Of a DNA stretch of 64,000 nt, positions 39,728 through 48,018 are shown in pieces. The notes beneath the pieces are model-generated. The model worked only from the letters and a program-made list of their open reading frames with translations. It did no database searches and was not told the origin of the DNA. Each line of letters starts with the position of its first letter. The first letter of the stretch is position 1. Source of the DNA: Verrucomicrobiota bacterium (GTDB taxonomy: Bacteria; Verrucomicrobiota; Verrucomicrobiia; Limisphaerales; UBA11358); assembly GCA_049516255.1 (NCBI GenBank), contig JBEKTH010000010.1:8865-72864 (forward strand), in the 5' to 3' direction. The translations under genes were made by a program, and so were the position numbers.

Positions 39728-40596
39728 CCTATAACGTCGTCCATCGCACGCTTTACGAATACGCCGCCCCGGTCGCCGTGTCGCATCACGTGGCGCGAAT
39801 GGAACCGCGCGCCACGGCCACGCAGGAACGCGACAGCTTTACGCTGAAAATTTTCCCCGAACCCGCCCTGCGCAAGTCGCGGCCCGATTATTTTGGCAAC
39901 CGGCTTTGCTTTTTCACCGTCCAACAGGTCCACAGCCGGCTCGAAATCATCACCTCCAGCCGGGTGACCGTGCGCGCGGACAGGCCGGCGGTCAATGAAT
40001 CCTCGGCGTCCTGGGAATCGGTGGCGGGAATGTTCCGCGACCCGGTGTCGCCGGAGGTGGTCGAGCCCTACCAGTTTATCTTTGATTCGCCGCAGGTGCG
40101 CGTTTCGTTCGAGCTGGCCGATTATGCCGCCCGGAGTTTTCCCGCCGGCACGCCGCTGCTGGCGGGGGCGCGGGACCTGACGCGGCGGATTTTTGAGGAT
40201 TTCAAGTACGACGCCAAGGCGACCACCGTGGCGACGCCGTTGGAGGAGGTCCTGGAAAAACGCCGGGGCGTCTGCCAGGACTTCGCCCATCTCGGCATCG
40301 CCTGCCTGCGTTCGCTGGGTTTGCCCGCGCGTTACGTCAGCGGTTATTTGCGCACGCGCCCGCCGGAGGGCAAACCGCGGTTGACGGGCGCGGACGCCTC
40401 GCACGCGTGGTTTGCGGTTTATTGTCATGGCACCGGCTGGGTGGATTTTGACCCGACGAACAATTTGCAGCCGGCGGAGGAACATATCACAGTGGCGTAC
40501 GGCCGGGACTTTGGCGATGTCAGCCCGCTGGCGGGCATTCTCACCGGTGGCGGCAAACATACCTTGAAGGTGGCGGTGGATGTGGCCGAGGTTTGA
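39724..40596 (+). CDS. Transglutaminase-like cysteine peptidase family protein (Bact_transglu_N + core)
   Basis: ATGA overlap with the upstream gene. Motifs YNVVHRTLYEY, RRGVCQDFAHLGIACLRSLGLPARYVSGY, HAWFAVY...GWVDFDPTN (Cys-His-Asp). Confidence 0.88.
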   Translation: MTYNVVHRTLYEYAAPVAVSHHVARMEPRATATQERDSFTLKIFPEPALRKSRPDYFGNRLCFFTVQQVHSRLEIITSSRVTVRADRPAVNESSASWESVAGMFRDPVSPEVVEPYQFIFDSPQVRVSFELADYAARSFPAGTPLLAGARDLTRRIFEDFKYDAKATTVATPLEEVLEKRRGVCQDFAHLGIACLRSLGLPARYVSGYLRTRPPEGKPRLTGADASHAWFAVYCHGTGWVDFDPTNNLQPAEEHITVAYGRDFGDVSPLAGILTGGGKHTLKVAVDVAEV

Positions 40597-40665
40597 TCCG
40601 GTTCCGGAAGATTTTTGCAATTTTTGCTCGCCGAGCCGGCGGGTTTTCGCATTGATAGCGCGCGC

Positions 40666-41496
40666 ATGAAGTGGGACATCGTTCATCGGACGCGGTACAC
40701 GTACGCGTCGCCCGTGAAAAACAGCTTCAACGAGGCGCGGCTTCAGCCTTTTTCCAACGAGGAACAAACGGTGGAAACGTTTGCATTGAAGGTGCTGCCC
40801 GCCACCCGGGTCAGCCAGTACCACGACTTCTATTCCAACATCGTCCACCACTTTGAAGTGGTGGATCCGCACTCGTCGTTGCTCATCGAAAGCCGGTTGC
40901 GCGTGGCGACCCATCCGCCCGCGCCGTTGCCCACCACGGCGACGCCCTGGCCCCTGGCGCGCATCGGCGAGGCGCTGAAGGACACGCGCAGCTACGAATT
41001 TCTGGAGACCAGCCGGTACGTGGAAATGACGCCGGAAGCCTGGCGGCTGGCCCTGGACGCGGCCATCGGCCTGGCCGACACGTGGCAGGCGGCGCTGGCC
41101 ATCATGCGGTTCGTGCACCAGCGCATCGAATATGTGCCGAACTCCACCACCGTTCACACCCACATGCGCGGGGTGTTGCGGGAAGGGCGCGGGGTCTGCC
41201 AGGATCTTGCCCACGTGATGATCGGCCTGTGTCGCGCGCTGAAGATTCCGGCCCTGTACGTGAGTGGATATCTGGCCACCGAGACGGCCAGCGCCACCCA
41301 TGCGTGGACCGAGGTTTTCATCCCCACCATCGGCTGGCGGGCGCTGGATCCCACCCATGATTGTCAGGCCGGCGAAACCTATGTGAAAATTGCCGTCGGC
41401 CGCGATTACGCCGACGTGCCGCCCATCACCGGCACTTACAAGGGAACCACCGACCGCAGCCTGGAAGTGGACGTAAAGATCAAGCCGGCTGAATAA
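40666..41496 (+). CDS. Transglutaminase-like family protein (second small paralog)
   Basis: ORF 40615..41496 trimmed to ATG 40666 (MKWDIVHRTRYTYASPV). Motifs GRGVCQDLAHVMIGLCRALKIPALYVSGY, HAWTEVFIPTIGWRALDPTH. Confidence 0.85.
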   Translation: MKWDIVHRTRYTYASPVKNSFNEARLQPFSNEEQTVETFALKVLPATRVSQYHDFYSNIVHHFEVVDPHSSLLIESRLRVATHPPAPLPTTATPWPLARIGEALKDTRSYEFLETSRYVEMTPEAWRLALDAAIGLADTWQAALAIMRFVHQRIEYVPNSTTVHTHMRGVLREGRGVCQDLAHVMIGLCRALKIPALYVSGYLATETASATHAWTEVFIPTIGWRALDPTHDCQAGETYVKIAVGRDYADVPPITGTYKGTTDRSLEVDVKIKPAE

Positions 41497-41640
41497 TGAC
41501 GGCAAAACAAATCGGCCCGGGTTCAAGGAACATGGCTTCACCTTGGATGGCCGTGGTCAGACTGACGCCGCCTGGCATCCCAGCCCTCCGCGCGTCCCGG
41601 TGGTTGGCCGCCGTCGCCCTGGGCTTGGGACATTTGTACC

Positions 41641-42501
41641 ATGCGTAAATTCAGATTAATCCTTTTCGTGTTCTCGATCCTGGCCGCACCGGAGCTTTTT
41701 GCCAGGGAAGGCTGGATTAATTTGTTCAACGGCAGAAACCTCTCGGGCTGGACGCAAAAATCTGGCAACGCCAGATTTTTCGTGGAGGACGGCTGCATCG
41801 TCGGTGAGGCGGTTTCCGAAAGCGACACCAACAGCGTTCTCGGCACGAAAAAGGATTACGACAATTTCATTCTCGAACTCGATTTCAAGGTGGATCATCA
41901 ACTTTTCTCCGGCGTCCATATTCGCAGCCAGTATGCCGCGAAAGAGACCCGGTGGGAGTGGGATGGACGGCCCCTGACCATTCCCGCGGGCCACGTGTAT
42001 GGATACCTGGTGATGATTGATCCAAGCCCGAATCACCGCTGGTGGACCGCGACGCTGTATGATCAGCGCTGGTGGACGGCCGGCATTTACGACGAGATGC
42101 GGCGCATGTGGCTCTATCCCGGCGCGTTGGGCGGCGACCCGGACGAATTTTCAAGGCAGGGCCGGAAAATTTTCCGCACCAATGACTGGAATCATCTCCG
42201 AATCGAGGCGATCGGCGACTCCTTAAAAACTTATCTCAACGGCGTCCCGTGTGCGCATGTCAAAGATTCGATGACGCCGAAAGGCTTCATCGGCCTGCAG
42301 GTCCGCGCCTGGATCAGCGACGATGACCACGAAACCCTCGAAGGCGCAAAAGTGCGTTTCAAAAACATCCAGCTCAAGCCGTTTTCTCCAAAGCCTGCCA
42401 GGGCCGGCAGTGCGACGTTGAAGGATTTTCCAAAGGAAAGCCCGGTGATCAAGGACCGCGACTCGAGCCAGGCTATCGGCGTTGCGGCGCTAATTTCATA
42501 A
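41641..42501 (+). CDS. DUF1080 (3-keto-disaccharide hydrolase-like, LamG fold) secreted protein
   Basis: Signal peptide. Motifs GWINLFNGRNLSGWTQKSGNARFFVEDGCIVGE, NFILELDFKV, SGVHIRS, WNHLRIEAIGDSLKTYLNG, GFIGLQV. Confidence 0.75.
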   Translation: MRKFRLILFVFSILAAPELFAREGWINLFNGRNLSGWTQKSGNARFFVEDGCIVGEAVSESDTNSVLGTKKDYDNFILELDFKVDHQLFSGVHIRSQYAAKETRWEWDGRPLTIPAGHVYGYLVMIDPSPNHRWWTATLYDQRWWTAGIYDEMRRMWLYPGALGGDPDEFSRQGRKIFRTNDWNHLRIEAIGDSLKTYLNGVPCAHVKDSMTPKGFIGLQVRAWISDDDHETLEGAKVRFKNIQLKPFSPKPARAGSATLKDFPKESPVIKDRDSSQAIGVAALIS

Positions 42502-42565
42502 ACCATTTGACAGGGCCGGCTGGTGTGTGAAGGTGTTACATTCACGGGCGATTTGGCAGTAGTTT

Positions 42566-44206
42566 ATGAATAATTCATTGAGGTATTCTTTTAACCGAAG
42601 GAGCAAAATCTCGTGCCGCCTCATTTTGCTGGCCACGGTGCTGTTGCTTCCCCAGGCCCAGGCCGTGAATGTGCTCACGCAACACAACGACCTTGCACGC
42701 ACCGGTGCCAATACGTCGGAAACCATACTGACGCCCGCCAACGTCAATGCGACCAACTTCGGCAAAATTTTCACCGACGGCGTGGACGGGCAGGTGTATG
42801 CGCAGCCGCTTTACGTTGAAAACCTGAGCATATCCAACGGGGTGCATAATGTGGTCTTTGTCTGCACGGAGAACAACAGTGTGTATGCATTTGACGCGGA
42901 CACGGCGGGCATTACTTACTGGCAGACCAATTTTGGGGCACCCTTTAATCCGTCCGCTTCGCCGATATCGTGCGGTGATTTGACGCCGATTGTCGGCATC
43001 ACGGGCACTCCGGTGATAGACTTAAGCAGCGGCACGCTTTATGTGGATACGAAGCTGGCAGCCGGCCCGGCTCACAAGTTGCATGCGCTGGATATTACGA
43101 CCGGCAACGAAAAATTCGGCGGACCGGTTACCATTTCCACGGCTACTTTCAGCGCCACCTACGAGCACCAGCGTCCGGGTCTGCTGTTGCTGAACGGCGT
43201 GGTTTATCTGGCATTTGGTTCGCACTGTGACCGGACGCCCTATAATGGCTTTGTGCTGGGTTACAATGCCACCAATCTTTTGCAAGTCTGCGCTTTCAAC
43301 ACCACCCCCACCGGCAGCCAGGCGGCAGTTTGGTCTGGCGGCATGGCGCCGGCGGCAGATACGAATGGAAACATCTACATCATGACCGGCAACGGAACCT
43401 TTGATGGCAGCACCAACTTTGGCGAGTCAATGATCAAACTCAACGGCAGTTTGGCGGTGCAGGATTATGCCACACCAAGCAACTGGTCCGACCTCAACAA
43501 TGGTGACACCGACTTCGGGTCGGGCGGCGTGGTCTTGCTGCCGACGCATTATGCGGTGGGGATTGGCAAGGACGGGGTCCTGTATCTGGCTGATGTCAAC
43601 AACATGGGACACGTCGGGAATTTTGTGCAAGGATTCCAGGCACAGAATTCCGGCGATACGGTTGGAAAGTCTCCGGTTTATTGGCAGGGGCCGGGCTTGC
43701 AGTATCTTTTCGTCCTGCACAGCTACAGCCCGACCAAATCATTTGAATTTACCGGAACGAACATTGTCACCACACCGCTGGGCACGGCTTCCTACTCCAT
43801 CGGTGATCGTTGTGGCGGGCTTTCACTTTCAGCCGACGGAACGACCAATGGTATTTTGTGGGAAATTGATGACGACAGCAATCTGCGGGCGTATGACGCC
43901 GTAAATTTTCCGAAATTGCTGTGGAGCGGGAGCGTGGGAACGTATGTGAAGATGACGTGCCCGACGATAGCGAACGGGAAGGTGTATGTGGGAACCAGCA
44001 GCAGTTTGGGTGTATGGGGATTGACCAATTACCTCTATACGCAAAGCATCGTTCCCAACCCGGTGTTAAATTGGGCCAGTGGAATCCTGCTCGATTCAAC
44101 CAATTTGTTGGGACCGTGGGTGACGAATCCGGCGGTTTCACCGTTCACGGTGGTGCCGACAAACGCACAGATGTTTTATCGGTTGTTGCTGAACGGCGGT
44201 CTGTAA
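42566..44206 (+). CDS. Secreted beta-propeller (PQQ-like repeat) protein with C-terminal '...FYRL' domain
   Basis: Signal peptide ...LLLPQAQA. N-terminal VLTQHNDLARTGANTSETILTPANV...GQVYAQPLYV...VVFVCTENNSVYAFDADTG is typical of the PQQ-like propeller family. Function unknown. Confidence 0.55.
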   Translation: MNNSLRYSFNRRSKISCRLILLATVLLLPQAQAVNVLTQHNDLARTGANTSETILTPANVNATNFGKIFTDGVDGQVYAQPLYVENLSISNGVHNVVFVCTENNSVYAFDADTAGITYWQTNFGAPFNPSASPISCGDLTPIVGITGTPVIDLSSGTLYVDTKLAAGPAHKLHALDITTGNEKFGGPVTISTATFSATYEHQRPGLLLLNGVVYLAFGSHCDRTPYNGFVLGYNATNLLQVCAFNTTPTGSQAAVWSGGMAPAADTNGNIYIMTGNGTFDGSTNFGESMIKLNGSLAVQDYATPSNWSDLNNGDTDFGSGGVVLLPTHYAVGIGKDGVLYLADVNNMGHVGNFVQGFQAQNSGDTVGKSPVYWQGPGLQYLFVLHSYSPTKSFEFTGTNIVTTPLGTASYSIGDRCGGLSLSADGTTNGILWEIDDDSNLRAYDAVNFPKLLWSGSVGTYVKMTCPTIANGKVYVGTSSSLGVWGLTNYLYTQSIVPNPVLNWASGILLDSTNLLGPWVTNPAVSPFTVVPTNAQMFYRLLLNGGL

Positions 44207-44248
44207 AAGGCCACCGTATTGGCCTGGCGGGTGAATCGGGAAAGGGCA

Positions 44249-44632
44249 TCAGGCCGCCCGGCCGTCTTTTGGCTTTTCCACCAGGGCGGCGAGTTTTTTA
44301 TCGGCGACCTCCAGGTCCGGCGTTCGTTGGGACGGGGCAGGCACGGCCGTCGATAAAGCACCCTCTTTGGGCGCCGGTGAATAGGGCGAAATTCTCGATG
44401 TCTCCGGGTAAGCCCGGCGGATCAGGAATCCACCGCCCAGCAGCCACCAGGCAACGAGCAGATCGAATGCGACCGGCAGAATGGCGGTGATGATGTCGCC
44501 GGCGTTGGCCGTCTGGATGGAGCTGAAATCCAGCAGCGGCGCCACGGCGCTCAGGCCCAGATAAAGAAAGACCAGCCCCAAAAGCCGGACTGCCAGGCTG
44601 AAGATGTCCTTGAACAGGTCTCTGGATTTCAT
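44249..44632 (-). CDS. Small hypothetical membrane protein (2 predicted TM helices)
   Basis: ATG start. Hydrophobic segments LAVRLLGLVFLYLGLSAVAPLL and IITAILPVAFDLLVAWWLLGGGFLI. No recognisable family. Confidence 0.45.
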   Translation of the reverse strand: MKSRDLFKDIFSLAVRLLGLVFLYLGLSAVAPLLDFSSIQTANAGDIITAILPVAFDLLVAWWLLGGGFLIRRAYPETSRISPYSPAPKEGALSTAVPAPSQRTPDLEVADKKLAALVEKPKDGRAA

Positions 44633-44759
44633 GGCGCGCGAAATCTATGCATGAATTGAACGAACGCGTTTGCCGTTGTTGGTGAGGTTAAAAAGGTATC
44701 CCTGGTTAGTTCAAGCATTTTCGTCACGGTGCATTGGTCCGCTTCGAAAGGAGCCAACC

Positions 44760-44800
44760 CCCTCTCCCCGCCCGAGCGGGGAGAGGGCAGGGGCGAGGGG
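44760..44800. repeat. REP-like GC hairpin (CCCTCTCCCCGC-ccga-GCGGGGAGAGGG + CAGGGGCGAGGGG tail)
   Basis: Perfect 12-bp stem with a 4-nt loop. Same family as 33350-33490. Sits in a divergent intergenic region. Confidence 0.7.
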
Positions 44801-44993
44801 ATTTGAATTTGCAAATGTTGACCTCCTCACCCTCCAGCCTCCGCAGTACTGCTACGGAGGACGGGCGGGAGAAAAATGACGCGGCGCCAAGATGCGTTGC
44901 TGGCAGATGAATGAAATCGGGTCACGCCGCGGTGCCCGCCAAAAACGATTTCGTCTTAGACACATCCGGGCGGATCAGTTAAATGTTGCCTCC

Positions 44994-46847
44994 ATGTTTT
45001 TCAGTCCGGGCTTTGACCGATCGGTTCGTTGGAATAAAATCGCAAGACATTCCGCCATTCTGATTTTGCTGGCGCTCCAGGTCTTTCCGTTCACCAGCCC
45101 GGCTCTTCCCACACGATTGGTGCTGGGTTTGGACGGCGTTGCCTACCACGACCTGAAAGCCCTGCAGGACGGCGTCATCAGCACCAATATCCGGGGAAAG
45201 CCGTTTCGCCGCCAGGCTTTCACCCTGGCTGAAGGATACTTTCCGGTCAGCCGCATGATCTCGACGTTTCCGTCCACCAGTGACGTTGCGTGGACGGATA
45301 TTTTCGGCGACCGCCCGTTGCCGGGTTATCAACGCACCTATTTCAGCACGGCGGCAAATTCCCAAATCATCATCAACGGCATCACCACCACCATGGAGCA
45401 TGAAGCGCAAATGACCTGGGAGATGGAGAACAACCTGCTGCGTACCATGGGTTATGTCTATCCGGTCCATACGTTTGAATACGAGATGCACGAAACGATC
45501 AGAAATTTTTGGAACGACACGGACAACGACGGCAGCTATTACGTCTATATTCGCGCCACGGATGATGCCCAGCACCTGGACCGCGACATCTATGACCTGC
45601 TTTGCGGGCTCGATGCCCAGCTTCAGGCGATGCGCGCGCGTTACCGGGCGCAGACGGGACGTGACCTGCAAATCCTGATTCTCTCGGACCACGGACACAA
45701 CCACGCCGACTCGTTCAAGCGCGTCCAGGTTGTGGATTTTCTGAAAAAGGCCGGGTACCGGATCACGGAATCCATTGAGGATCCCAAGGACGTCGTCCTG
45801 CCCACCACCGGCATTGAAGACTGGGTGGAAATCCACAACGCGCCCGCCGCCACCACCACGCTCGTATCCTTGCTGGCCCATCTGGAAGGCGCGGACCTCG
45901 TGACGGGTCGGGACCCGGATGTCCCCAATCGTTTCCTCATCATGAATTCCCGGGGCGAACGCGCCGACATCGACTGGAATCCGACCAATAACACCTACCG
46001 CTATTCAACTGAAATGGGCGACCCGCTCGGCTACCTTCCGGTGGCCGGGTCGCTGGCCCGGGAGAAACTGCTGGACGCCGATGGTTTTGCCACGGCCGAT
46101 GACTGGATGGCGGCGACCATGACCAATCACTATCCGCTGGCGCTCGAACGGATCGCCCGCGGCCTCACGCGGGTCACGCTCAATCCCGCGACCATTCTCA
46201 TCAGCCTGGACAATGATTACGTTCACTGCGGCTGGCTGATGCAACGCGGCGCGGACCTGTCCACCTTCAGCAGCACGCACGGCGCCTTGGACAAACTTAA
46301 CTCGGAAGGTGTGGTGTTGAGCAATTTCGCCCCCACCAAAGATACCTCCAGCGGCCGGGTGGCCGGGCAGTTTGATGATTTTCCGGGACTGCGCAATTTC
46401 CGCGCTGAAGAGACTGGCGCCGAACTGGTCAACAAAGATGAGCAGGCCCTGACGCGGATTGCGCACGAACCGTTTGACCGGGATTACCAGTTGCTGCCGG
46501 GGGATGGGGTTTTTCTGCGGGTCTGGTCGCCGCAATTTGAGCGCCTGGACCTCAACGCTCCCGTGATGGCAACCATCGAGAAGGTGAAACATTTTTCAGA
46601 TCCGCAACCCCAAAGCCTGGCGCCCAGGCCAAAAGTGGTGTTCGCACGCCGCCTGACCTTCAATCAGCCGGTTACCTTTCCGCACCCGTCCGCTTACGAA
46701 CGAATCTATGCGTTGCCGTCTGACTTGATCTTAAAGCCGCTAACGGAGTATCAGATTTCAGGCTGGGTGCGTGGCCAGAACAAGAGCATCCCGCTTTTTG
46801 AATTCAATTTCCACACCGACAACCAGGGCCGGCCGGCGGCGTATTGA
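44994..46847 (+). CDS. Alkaline-phosphatase-superfamily metalloenzyme (phosphodiesterase/nucleotide pyrophosphatase-like)
   Basis: ORF 44892..46847 trimmed to ATG 44994, giving a hydrophobic leader (SAILILLALQVFPF). Metal-ligand motifs LGLDGV, FPSTSDVAW (nucleophile region), LILSDHGHNH. Confidence 0.6.
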   Translation: MFFSPGFDRSVRWNKIARHSAILILLALQVFPFTSPALPTRLVLGLDGVAYHDLKALQDGVISTNIRGKPFRRQAFTLAEGYFPVSRMISTFPSTSDVAWTDIFGDRPLPGYQRTYFSTAANSQIIINGITTTMEHEAQMTWEMENNLLRTMGYVYPVHTFEYEMHETIRNFWNDTDNDGSYYVYIRATDDAQHLDRDIYDLLCGLDAQLQAMRARYRAQTGRDLQILILSDHGHNHADSFKRVQVVDFLKKAGYRITESIEDPKDVVLPTTGIEDWVEIHNAPAATTTLVSLLAHLEGADLVTGRDPDVPNRFLIMNSRGERADIDWNPTNNTYRYSTEMGDPLGYLPVAGSLAREKLLDADGFATADDWMAATMTNHYPLALERIARGLTRVTLNPATILISLDNDYVHCGWLMQRGADLSTFSSTHGALDKLNSEGVVLSNFAPTKDTSSGRVAGQFDDFPGLRNFRAEETGAELVNKDEQALTRIAHEPFDRDYQLLPGDGVFLRVWSPQFERLDLNAPVMATIEKVKHFSDPQPQSLAPRPKVVFARRLTFNQPVTFPHPSAYERIYALPSDLILKPLTEYQISGWVRGQNKSIPLFEFNFHTDNQGRPAAY

Positions 46848-46899
46848 TGAACACCTCGCCCGGAGGTCAGGCCCGCAGATTATTGGCCGGTTGACCCCG

Positions 46900-48003
46900 T
46901 CAATTCAACTTCGGCGGTTCCCACTTCATCCCATGCGCCTCGGCGACGGCTTGGTGGGCCACTTTCCCGTTCATCACGTTGATGCCGCTGCCAAGCCCCG
47001 GATGCAGCCGGCACGCTTCAGCCAGTCCGTGGTCCGCGAGTGCTTCGATGTAACGATACGTCACGTTGGTGAGCGCCTGGGTGGCGGTGCGGGCGTAGGC
47101 GCCGGGCATGTTTGTCACGCAATAGTGCGTCACGCCTTCCTCGACAAAGACCGGATCGTGATGCGTCGTCGGGCGCGAGGTTTCGGCGCAGCCGCCCTGA
47201 TCAATTGCAATGTCCACGAACACGCTGCCCGGCCTCATACAACGGAGCATTTTCCGGGTAATCAACCGGGGCGCGCGAGCACCAGGCACGAGCACTGCGC
47301 CGATGAGCAGGTCCACTTCCGGCAACAGTTCGTGCAAATGCATCTCATTTGAATACAACGTGTGCGCGGTGTGCAGCGTGATGTCGAGAAATCGCATCCG
47401 TTCGAGGTCCACTTCCAGAATCGTCACGTCTGCGCCGAGACCCTGGCCCATTCGCGCGGCGTTGATGCCGGAAGCGCCGCCGCCCAGCACCACGATCTTG
47501 CCCGGCAATACTCCCGGCACGCCGCCCAGCAGCACGCCGCTGCCACCAAAGTGTTTCGCCAGAAAATAACCGCCTACCAGCACGGACATTCGGCCCGCAA
47601 TTTCGCTCATGGGTTCGAGCAGGGGCAACCGGCGGTTGACCTCGACGGTTTCGTACGCGAGCGCGGTGACCCCGGACCGCATCAGAGCTTCGGTGAGCGG
47701 TTGGCTGGCCGCCAGATGCAGGTACGTAAAAAGGATTTGTCCTGGCCGCAATAAATTGAATTCGGATGGCAACGGTTCCTTGACCTTCACGATCAAGTCC
47801 GCTTTGGCAAACACCGCGGCGTGCGCGTCCACCAGCCGGGCGCCGGCACGTTCGTACTCGGTATCGGGAAAACCTGCGCCCGTGCCCGCACCACGTTCGA
47901 CGACCACCTCATGGCCGCGTTTAACGAGCTGATACACACCGGAGGGCGTCAATGCTACGCGAAACTCTTGCTCTTTGATTTCCTTGAGAAGGCCGATGAT
48001 CAT
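46900..48003 (-). CDS. ald: Alanine dehydrogenase
   Basis: MIIGLLKEIKEQEFRVALTPSGV..., Rossmann VVLGGGASGINAA, and full-length similarity in character to Ald/PNT-alpha-type proteins. 367 aa. Confidence 0.9.
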   Translation of the reverse strand: MIIGLLKEIKEQEFRVALTPSGVYQLVKRGHEVVVERGAGTGAGFPDTEYERAGARLVDAHAAVFAKADLIVKVKEPLPSEFNLLRPGQILFTYLHLAASQPLTEALMRSGVTALAYETVEVNRRLPLLEPMSEIAGRMSVLVGGYFLAKHFGGSGVLLGGVPGVLPGKIVVLGGGASGINAARMGQGLGADVTILEVDLERMRFLDITLHTAHTLYSNEMHLHELLPEVDLLIGAVLVPGARAPRLITRKMLRCMRPGSVFVDIAIDQGGCAETSRPTTHHDPVFVEEGVTHYCVTNMPGAYARTATQALTNVTYRYIEALADHGLAEACRLHPGLGSGINVMNGKVAHQAVAEAHGMKWEPPKLN

Positions 48004-48018
48004 AAAGCGAAGGTGCGA

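Noticed and set aside
33568-41541. Series of long minus-strand ORFs (33568..34902, 34924..36954, 37328..39184, 39676..41541; 444-676 aa)
   Set aside because: All are antisense to the transglutaminase and ATP-grasp::alpha-E genes, which carry clear family motifs. They are R/A/G/P-rich shadow ORFs.
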